The position numbers and the translations under genes were made by a program. The notes beneath the pieces are model-generated. The model ran no database searches. It saw nothing but the letters and a program-made list of their open reading frames with translations, and was not told the DNA's origin. From Candidatus Hydrogenedentota bacterium (lineage in GTDB: Bacteria; Hydrogenedentota; Hydrogenedentia; Hydrogenedentales; SLHB01): a DNA stretch of 20,193 nt. The DNA lies in NCBI GenBank assembly GCA_034408725.1, contig JAWXCN010000171.1, positions 1 to 20,193 on the forward strand, written 5' to 3'. How positions within the stretch are numbered: position 1 is the first letter of the stretch; every line of letters starts with the position of its first letter. This document shows, in pieces, positions 1-7,090 of the stretch.

Positions 1-1191
1 CAAAAAATGCAACCGGCAGCAATGCCAACAGGAACCAGGCAAGGCCGAGGCCCGCGGGCGACCGCACCAAGATCAAAATCAATGCGACCAGTCCAAGCCC
101 CGCTCCCGTGGTCACCGCCAGAAAAGGATTCACACCCGGCTCTTCCAGGTCGATATAGCCGGAAGCGGGCGGCAAGTCATGCTCGATTGTGAGTGGAGTG
201 AAATTCATGCTGAGTCCAAGTCCCCGCGAGAATGCCAGTGCCTCCACACCCGATGGCGTCGCAGGACTTTCCTGCATAACGTCGTAGGGATTGGCGTCAA
301 GTTTTGTGACGGTCATCCACCACGCGCCCAACGCGATTGCGATAGCCCAGAATGCCGCGTGTACCGCCAGCCGGCGGCGCATCGCCGCGCCGTTCGCTAT
401 CCAGTCCGCGATAAGCATAAAACCCGGCACAAACAGGGCCGTGATGTCACACGCCCATGACATGGCGAAACAAGCGCCTGCGCCTACGAGCGTGCCCACG
501 CCAAAACCCTCTTCCCGATCGGTCGCGCGCAGCATCAGCAACACCGCGCCGATTGCGAACGTAGCTGACAGTAGCGCCGTGCGTCCTATCACCAGGTTTA
601 CGCTTTCCGTCGCAAGAGGATGCAACGCTATCAAAAACCCCGCGAGCATGGCCATGGGTTCGCTCAGCGGCAAACTGTCTTCGTCACTCTTTTTTCCCAG
701 CCGGAGCAGCCGCCGCGCCAGTAAATAGACGAGCACCCCGTTCAGCGCGTGCAGCAGAATATTTGTCGCATGAAAGACCGGTGGTGACGCGGGCGCCATC
801 CACCAGTTCATTGCGATGGTGAGCATCGACAGGATGGGTATCCCGTTCACCCTGCTTGCCAGTGGCGCCGTTGCAATGGCGTGGGCCGCGGATTGTTCAA
901 GATGGCTTCGCGGTCGGCGTAATGCAACACCGGCTCCACGGCGCCCTCCGGCTGAAAGCCGAATGCATTGGAATAGGCGATTAGAGTAACGACGATGATC
1001 AGAAATCCGGCCATCACCACCTGGGCCGTCTCGATATCCGCGGTGCCTGTAAACACGGGTTCCGTCAGCCGTTCGTCGAGGTCCGCTTGTCCCGACAACT
1101 CGTCGTCAGGCAGGCGGCGTTCCAGCTCGACCGCGTCGCGCTCCGCAGGCACAACTACATCGTCAGTTTTTTCGTCATTGTCGGAATTCAC
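1..1191 (-). pseudogene. TMTC-like / GT-C family multi-pass membrane glycosyltransferase, split by a 1-nt frameshift near 890; runs off the left window edge
   Basis: ORF 847..1191 gives ...LIAYSNAF...YADREAILNNP. A second minus-strand frame, open from ~890 to base 1, continues AAHAIATAPLASRVNGIPILSMLTIAMNWW...FHATNILLHALNGVLVYLLA...LHPLATESVNLVIGR...PLTIEHD. These match the YSN..DD..I..NP, FH..N..LH and HP..TE.V....GR motifs of TMTC-type proteins. Could be a sequencing error rather than a true pseudogene. Confidence 0.75.
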
Positions 1192-1358
1192 GGCCCGTCA
1201 CATCCTTGCACCTAAGACTCGCTTGAAGAAGCGATACTATAAAGGATGCGAGGGCTGCGTCCCAAATGCGCCAAGAGGAACAACCCGGCTCCGCGTCGAG
1301 CGCGGCGCCCAATTGTCTTCCCCACGCCTGCGCCCACCAGTGTCAGTCCGTCTAGCGC

Positions 1359-4300
1359 CTATTTCGCAACCGGCTCCGCAATGGGATGCGGCGACGGCCG
1401 GCGGCGAAAAACATTTCCAAGGTCCACGGCGTACGTGTATAGCGTCGGAACAAACACCAGGGTAAGCACGGTGGCGAATGTCATACCGAATATGATCGCT
1501 ATGGCCATCGGCCCCCACCACTGTGCCGATTCGCCGCCACTGCTCCACTGAAACGTCTTGAAGTCAAAATTGACGCCCAGCGCCATCGGCACCAGCCCAA
1601 GCACGTTTGTCGTTGCCGTCAGCATCACCGGGCGGAACCGGATGATCCCGGCTTCGACAACCGCATCATCCAACGAATATCCGCGCGCGCGAAGCTGGTT
1701 CACAAAATCCAACAACACGATGCCGTTGTTCACCACCACCCCCGCGAGACTGATGCATCCGATGCCCGTCATAAGAATGCCGAATGGCATATCGCAGATG
1801 AGGAGACCCAATATGACGCCCCCGATCGACAGCACGACTGACGTCATGATGACGATGGTCTGCAATACCGAATTAAACTGGGCAACTATTGCGAGCGCAA
1901 CCAGCAAGAGCGCGACTCCAAACGCGCGCACCAGAAATTCCTGGGTTTCCTGTGTGTCTTCATTCTCTCCCGTATACGCGACACTATACCCCGCGGGCAT
2001 CACAAACCCCGCCAAACGCGCCTGCACGTCTTTAAGCACGTCGATCGGTTGGCGATCCCCGATGACCTCGGCGGACACCGTCACTGTCCGCTTCCGGTTG
2101 ATCCGCTTGATGCTGCCCATCCCGGCGCCTTGCTCGATATGGGCGACCGCCGAAAACGGCACTGCCTGCCCCGCGAGGTTGATAAGGTTCATGTTTTCGA
2201 GATTGTTCAAGTTCTCCCGGAACGACGCCGGGAACCGGACCGTCACGTCGTATTCCTCATCCCCTTCGCGATACTCACTGGCCTTGCGCCCTTCGATGGC
2301 CGTCTGGACGGTGAGTCCGATGAACTGGGTGTTAAGACCCATTTTCCAGGCCTTCTCGCGATCAATAATGATGCGAACCTCAGGCTTGCCTTTGTGGTAG
2401 TCATCGCGAATATCCACCAACTCCGGCATCCCTTTTATCTCACCCTGGATGTCCTGCGCGAGCGCCGCGAGCGTCTCGTAGTCGTCGCCGCTGATTTCGA
2501 TGTTCACGGGCGGCCCAGTCGGCGGCCCCATGTTCATCTGATCGATCCGTACGTCCGCCCCTGGTATACCCTTCATCGATGCGCGCACGTTTTCTATGAT
2601 AACGCTCGGCATCACCTTCGCCTCGGCAAGTTTCGGAAAATCAAGCGTGATTTGGCTCAGGTGCGTGCTGTTTTTCGTTTCTCCCGGCATGCTCCCGCCC
2701 GGATCAATCCCCTGTGAACCGATGTTCGATATTATGTTCTCGATGTTTGGCGCAAATTCCTGCAACCGGTCTTCCACCGCGCGCACATACGAATCGGATG
2801 CGGCCAGGTTGCTGCCCTGGGGAAGCTCAATATCAATTTGCGCCTGTGGCGGTTCGACCGTGGGCATAAACTCGAGCTGCGACCGCGCGATGAATACGGC
2901 AAACAACGCGACCTGCATGGCCAACGCGAGCAGAATCGTCACGGCCCGCCACCGCAGCGCCAGCCGCAGAAACGATTCGTACGTCCGCACAATCGCATGC
3001 CGCTGTTTTCGTTGCTCCGGCGGCAGCGGCTTTACCCGCATGAACTGGCCTATCATCGCGGGATTCACGATCATACCCACAAACAACGACGCGAGCAGTG
3101 ATACCGTGACCGTGATCGGAAGGTAGATCATGAAATCGCCAAAGATGCCCGGCCAGAAAAACATGGGCACAAACGCCGCAATCGTCGTCGCAGTCGATCC
3201 AATCACCGGCGCGGCGACCTCTGCCGTACCGCGTTTGGCTGCCGTTACCGCGTCCATACCCTGTTGCATGTGCCGGTAAGCGTTCTCGACGACTACGACA
3301 CCGTTGTCCACCAGCATCCCAAGCGCCAAGGTAAGACTGAACAACACGCTCATGTTCAGCGTAATGCCGGTCATGTGGAGATACGCAAAAGTCATGAACA
3401 TCGAAAGTGGAATCGCAATTCCGATAAACAGTGAGTTGACCAGCCCGAGCGACAGCATGATGACGATGACGACAAGCACCAGCCCGCTCAACATGCTGTT
3501 CTCGAGTTCATTTACCATGTCGCGAATGAAGTCGGATTCATCCCACGTTATCGCGAGATCAACGCCCTTGGGAAGCCTTTCCCGTTCCGCGGCAAACAGC
3601 GTTCGTATCTGGTCCGCCATCTGGATGATATTCTCGCCGGAACGCTTCGTCACGACCAATGTGACGGACGGTTTTCCATTCACGCGCGACTTCGACGTGA
3701 ACTCCTTGAACCCATCTTTCACCGTGGCGATATCACGAAGATAAACGATACCGTTCGGACCTTGTTTGGCGACCAGTCCATTCAGGTCGTCTGGCGTCTT
3801 GAATTCGCCCGGAGTGCGCATGAGGAATTTCGCTTCGCCAAGATCCATCGTTCCGCCGGGTGTGTTGACGTTCTCCAACTGCGTCAGTGAAATCAGGTCC
3901 ACAAGCGAAATGCCGTATTCCGCGACGCGATCGGGATCAACTTCGATCTGGATTTCCCGCTCGACGCCCCCGATCACCTGCACATCGAGCACGCCTTTGA
4001 TGCCCTCGATCCGGTCCTCGATGTCTTCCGCTATCTCGTCGAGAGCGGCCAGACCAGCATCGCCCGTCAGTGACGCGATGAGAATGGGAAGCTGGCCGAG
4101 GTTGATTTCTTCGATAATCGGATCGTCCGCGTCTTCGGGCAGGTCCTGCTTGGCGAGATCAACCTTGTCTTTCACACGCTGCAATGCGTCGTCGATGTCC
4201 GTGTCCGAAACGAATTCGATCACGACCGTTGCAGTGCCCTCGGCACTCGTGGACTGGATTTTCTTTACGTCCGAAAGCCCGGTCAGTTTGCGCTCGATTG

Positions 4301-4496
4301 GAATCGTCACGAGCGATTCCATGTCCTCGGGAGATACGCCCTCGTACGGCGTTGTCACGACGATGTACGGAACGATGACTTCGGGATTCGATTCGCGCGG
4401 CAGCACAAGATACGCGTAGAATCCCATGCCCATCAGCAGGAACACCGATACGTAGACCGAAATCCTCCGGTCAACTGCCAGATCGACGAGTTTCAC
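1359..4496 (-). CDS. RND efflux transporter permease subunit (AcrB/AcrD/AcrF family)
   Basis: 1045 aa with the RND layout: N-terminal TM, GVSPEDMESLVTIPIE, ALGMLVDNGVVVVEN (TM4), RFRPVMLTATT, FATVLTLVFVPTLY. The GTG start overlaps the MFP stop by 4 nt. Confidence 0.97.
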   Translation of the reverse strand: MKLVDLAVDRRISVYVSVFLLMGMGFYAYLVLPRESNPEVIVPYIVVTTPYEGVSPEDMESLVTIPIERKLTGLSDVKKIQSTSAEGTATVVIEFVSDTDIDDALQRVKDKVDLAKQDLPEDADDPIIEEINLGQLPILIASLTGDAGLAALDEIAEDIEDRIEGIKGVLDVQVIGGVEREIQIEVDPDRVAEYGISLVDLISLTQLENVNTPGGTMDLGEAKFLMRTPGEFKTPDDLNGLVAKQGPNGIVYLRDIATVKDGFKEFTSKSRVNGKPSVTLVVTKRSGENIIQMADQIRTLFAAERERLPKGVDLAITWDESDFIRDMVNELENSMLSGLVLVVIVIMLSLGLVNSLFIGIAIPLSMFMTFAYLHMTGITLNMSVLFSLTLALGMLVDNGVVVVENAYRHMQQGMDAVTAAKRGTAEVAAPVIGSTATTIAAFVPMFFWPGIFGDFMIYLPITVTVSLLASLFVGMIVNPAMIGQFMRVKPLPPEQRKQRHAIVRTYESFLRLALRWRAVTILLALAMQVALFAVFIARSQLEFMPTVEPPQAQIDIELPQGSNLAASDSYVRAVEDRLQEFAPNIENIISNIGSQGIDPGGSMPGETKNSTHLSQITLDFPKLAEAKVMPSVIIENVRASMKGIPGADVRIDQMNMGPPTGPPVNIEISGDDYETLAALAQDIQGEIKGMPELVDIRDDYHKGKPEVRIIIDREKAWKMGLNTQFIGLTVQTAIEGRKASEYREGDEEYDVTVRFPASFRENLNNLENMNLINLAGQAVPFSAVAHIEQGAGMGSIKRINRKRTVTVSAEVIGDRQPIDVLKDVQARLAGFVMPAGYSVAYTGENEDTQETQEFLVRAFGVALLLVALAIVAQFNSVLQTIVIMTSVVLSIGGVILGLLICDMPFGILMTGIGCISLAGVVVNNGIVLLDFVNQLRARGYSLDDAVVEAGIIRFRPVMLTATTNVLGLVPMALGVNFDFKTFQWSSGGESAQWWGPMAIAIIFGMTFATVLTLVFVPTLYTYAVDLGNVFRRRPSPHPIAEPVAK

Positions 4497-5569
4497 TCGA
4501 CGGTCTCGATGACGTTCACCCGCCCACCGGGGCGCGCGTCGCGTTGTCCGACAACGATAAGCCTGTCGCCTGTCTGCAACCCGCTGGTGATCTGCACATT
4601 ACTGGCTTGCACGACGCCGACCTCGACCGCGCGTAATTCCGCGACACCGTCTTTCTCGACGAACACGAATCGCTTGTCGTCTATCAACGCCGTCGCGAAT
4701 AACGGCGCCACAATGGACTCCGCAAAAGTCCTGCGCACCAACTGCGCCCGCGCAATCATGCCCGGCTTGAAACAACCGTCCGCATTGTCGAGCGCAATCT
4801 CGGTGCCAAACGTGTGCGTCACCGAATCCGCAGTCGGCGCTATCAAATGTATTACACCTGAGAACATGCGGTCCGCTATCGCGTCCAACGTCACGGCGAC
4901 AGTGTCCCCGGCTTTGAAATACGAAACGTCTCGTTCGGGGACGCCCACCCGCAACTTTACCCGGTCCACCTGCACGAGCCGGACCAGCGGATTCCCTACA
5001 TCGCTGAACTCATCCTGTTTGGAATAGAGTTCCGCCACCACGCCATCAAACGGCGCCTTCACAATGCTCTTGCGCAACAGAATTTCGGTCGCGCGAACTT
5101 CCGCGTCCGCAACATCCCTGCTCGCGACTGCGCTGTCCTGTTCCCGCACCGCGCTTACCCCGCGGTCAGCCAGTTTCCGCGCGCGATCGAATTCCTGTGT
5201 CGCCCATCGAGCCTGTGCTTCCGCCTGCTCGAATTTCGTCTGAAGCGCCTGCGTATCAATGCGGAAAAGGTCCTGGCCTTGTTTTACGAGGTCACCGGTT
5301 TCAATCGGACGCGCTTCTATCTTTCCACTGACTTCGGAACTCAGCGTGACGTTTTCCCATGCATCGATCGTGCCGGTAAGTGTAAAGCGGTCCTCGACGA
5401 CGCCCGCCGTCAGCACCTGCACTTTGACATTCGGAATCTGCGTTTCCGTTACGCCGTTCGCGCGCGCGGCTTCTTTCGCCGCAAACGCGCCTGCCGCCCA
5501 ATAGACTATCCCGCCGCAGACCGCGAGAATTCCGAAGCACATTCCCACCGATACCAGAAATTTTTTCAT
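4493..5569 (-). CDS. RND efflux periplasmic adaptor (membrane fusion protein)
   Basis: 358 aa, N-terminal anchor, lipoyl half-motifs (SEVSGKI...GDLVKQGQDLFRID; VKAPFDGVV), FKPGMIARA, GLQTGDRLIVVG. AGGAG RBS upstream; coupled to the permease. Confidence 0.96.
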   Translation of the reverse strand: MKKFLVSVGMCFGILAVCGGIVYWAAGAFAAKEAARANGVTETQIPNVKVQVLTAGVVEDRFTLTGTIDAWENVTLSSEVSGKIEARPIETGDLVKQGQDLFRIDTQALQTKFEQAEAQARWATQEFDRARKLADRGVSAVREQDSAVASRDVADAEVRATEILLRKSIVKAPFDGVVAELYSKQDEFSDVGNPLVRLVQVDRVKLRVGVPERDVSYFKAGDTVAVTLDAIADRMFSGVIHLIAPTADSVTHTFGTEIALDNADGCFKPGMIARAQLVRRTFAESIVAPLFATALIDDKRFVFVEKDGVAELRAVEVGVVQASNVQITSGLQTGDRLIVVGQRDARPGGRVNVIETVE

Positions 5570-5736
5570 ATGCGTCTCCTACTGCCACCGCTCCGCCCGG
5601 CGGGCGCCGTGATCGCCCCGGATAGTGGCTCGGTCCATTCCCGGCTGGGCTGGCGGCTACACACTGAAACTATCCAATGGTCAAACAGGAGCAATCGATC
5701 ACGAATCCTTGGCAAAAATCAGACGCATAATCCCAT

Positions 5737-5803
5737 CTTCAAAGTCCCCCGTTGAAGGGGGATCCTTCAAAGTCCCCCTTTGAAGGGGGATTTAGGGGGA
5801 TGT
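5737..5803. repeat. Tandem REP-like hairpin repeat, two 27-nt copies plus a partial TTAGGGGGAT tail
   Basis: CTTCAAAGTCCCCCGTTGAAGGGGGAT (5737-5763) and CTTCAAAGTCCCCCTTTGAAGGGGGAT (5765-5791), 28-nt period, 1 mismatch. Each copy folds TCCCCC/GGGGGA. Lies between TetR and the MFP gene. Confidence 0.8.
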
Positions 5804-5852
5804 AAGGTCTGATTTCCAAACTTCATATCGAACGAATCTCAAACTCGGGACA

Positions 5853-6476
5853 CTAGCGCGTGTGCGACGTCGCCCCCTCAATAAATAGATCAACAAGCGC
5901 CACGCCCAGTTCCCTTGGCAGGGTCGTGTGCGGGCGGTTGATCTTCACCATGATATGCATATCCATCATCCCGCAAAACGCCATCGCGAGCGTCTCCGGG
6001 TCCCGCCCCGTAAACGTCCCGGAAGCGACCCCTACCTCCATGATTTTGCGGATACGCGAATAGCGCGATTCCCACAAATTGTCCTTGTCCAATTTCGGGG
6101 TCTGATAACGCGGCGCGAAGAATGTATGAAATATGAGCCGCACAACCTGCGGCGATCGTTCGGCATGCTCGAAGATATTGATCACCACCGTCTCAAGCTG
6201 TTGCCGCAACCCCTCGACACCACTCAACGCCCGATCCATGTCCTCGACCAGCTCAATAAACCAAGATTCGACCAGCTTCCGGAACAGGTGCTCCTTGTTC
6301 TCGAAATAGTAGTACAGCACGGGCCGCGTAACACCGGCGCGCTCAATTATTTCGCGGATACTTGTCCCTTCATAGCCTTTCTCTGAAAACAGGCCAAGCG
6401 CGCTCGAAAGCAATCGTTTTTCCGCTTCGTTCGCGGTGCTCACGTCATCCGGTACTTTGGCTAACCGTGCAGGCAT
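5853..6476 (-). CDS. TetR/AcrR family transcriptional regulator
   Basis: HTH motif LLSSALGLFSEKGYEGTSIREIIERAGVTRPVLYYYFENKEHLF. Start moved from 6548 to ATG 6476 because GGAGA lies just upstream of it. Confidence 0.95.
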   Translation of the reverse strand: MPARLAKVPDDVSTANEAEKRLLSSALGLFSEKGYEGTSIREIIERAGVTRPVLYYYFENKEHLFRKLVESWFIELVEDMDRALSGVEGLRQQLETVVINIFEHAERSPQVVRLIFHTFFAPRYQTPKLDKDNLWESRYSRIRKIMEVGVASGTFTGRDPETLAMAFCGMMDMHIMVKINRPHTTLPRELGVALVDLFIEGATSHTR

Positions 6477-6486
6477 GTATTCTCCA

Positions 6487-6506
6487 ATAGACCGACCAGT
6501 CGATAT
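6487..6506. promoter_or_regulatory. Possible TetR operator just upstream of the tetR RBS
   Basis: ATAGACCGACCAGTCGATAT with palindromic core CGAC-CA-GTCG (6493-6502). Position is typical for TetR autoregulation. Confidence 0.4.
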
Positions 6507-6694
6507 ATAACCGGAGCCGATCATTTCCGCTGCAAATTCAATCCACATGAGTACGGCCGGTCACACCCCGCCGTACCTCCCTCATTAGTATAGACCAATC
6601 CCCCAACTGCTTTCATACTCGCACCGACTCGATATCAGCTCCGACATGCTTCCGCAATCGTCTTAATTTCCAAAGGTAGCTTGCCCATGAAGGG

Positions 6695-6737
6695 AAAGCG
6701 GCATCTGTCGCTGCCGCACTCCAAAGCGCTCCGCGCG
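6695..6737 (-). repeat. GGAG-type REP-like palindrome
   Basis: Minus strand reads TTGGAG-T-GCGGCA-gcgacaga-TGCCGC-TTT: a GGAG tetranucleotide followed by a GC-rich hairpin, the layout of RAYT-associated REPs. Only one copy in the window. Confidence 0.55.
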
Positions 6738-6773
6738 GATTTCGGACGTCTAGTGGACGCGCTCAGCGCCTTG

Positions 6774-6907
6774 ATAGGGGTAGGGAAGGCCTTTCGGCCT
6801 CCCCTCCCTCCGAACCGTACGTGCGGTTCTCCCGCATACGGCTCTCCAGTTAGTGGTTTTACCTTCGCAAGGATTGAGCGGCTGCGTATCGGGCCTAATG
6901 CAAGCTA
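6774..6907 (-). mobile_element. Group II intron 3' fragment (end of RT ORF, domain V, domain VI)
   Basis: Minus strand has DV GAGCCGTATGCGGGAGAACCGCACGTACGGTTC (6844-6812; AGC triad, AC bulge). DVI follows: GGAGGGAGGGGAGGCCGAAAGGCCTTCCCTACCCCTAT, ending in the canonical AY at 6774. Upstream is a short RT-tail-like frame SLH*ARYAAAQSLRR*. No RT core or 5' domains recognised. Confidence 0.9.
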
Positions 6908-6937
6908 TTGACAAAAATTCCTTCCGCGTGTTACACC
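6908..6937 (+). promoter_or_regulatory. Candidate sigma70 promoter for the Rhs locus
   Basis: Perfect TTGACA at 6908-6913, then 18 nt, then a weak -10 TACACC preceded by TG-n. Lies upstream of a GGGGAG RBS and ATG at 7007. Confidence 0.4.
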
Positions 6938-7006
6938 AACCTGCTGCGGGTTGGCAGTTTTCCGTGTTGGTGTTTCGGGTTGTTTGTCCACTCGGGGAGA
7001 CCACGC

Positions 7007-7090
7007 ATGTTCGGGCTGCTTCGTAATACGTCCCTCCTTCGCGCATTTACTTTCCTCAGCCCACGGACTACGACGTGCCCAACGGCATGA
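7007..7090 (+). pseudogene. Probable orphaned 5' end of the Rhs gene, out of frame with the Rhs body
   Basis: GGGGAG RBS 8 nt before ATG 7007; translates MFGLLRNTSLLRAFTFLSPRTTTCPTA*. It overlaps the point (~7063-7075) where YD-repeat sequence begins abruptly in another frame. Confidence 0.45.

Noticed and set aside
5670-5684. CTATCCAATGGTCAA as a TetR operator upstream of the MFP gene
   Set aside because: Weak palindrome that matches the tetR-proximal motif poorly; not supportable without comparative data.
1558-5755. Many plus-strand ORFs opposite the RND and MFP genes, and similar shadows opposite GT2, ThuA, Fic, PhyH and the large protein
   Set aside because: Antisense or alternative-frame shadows typical of GC-rich coding DNA.
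5737-5803. Mini CRISPR array
   Set aside because: The repeats are 1 nt apart with no spacer, and no cas genes are present.
6477-6548. N-terminal extension of TetR in the ORF track
   Set aside because: A better RBS precedes ATG 6476, and the extension overlaps the putative operator.
6774-7070. Complete ORF-less group II intron, retron or DGR
   Set aside because: Only DV, DVI and an RT tail are recognisable. There is no RT core, no GUGYG 5' end identified and no TR/VR pair. 6908-7070 is better explained as a plus-strand promoter and gene start.
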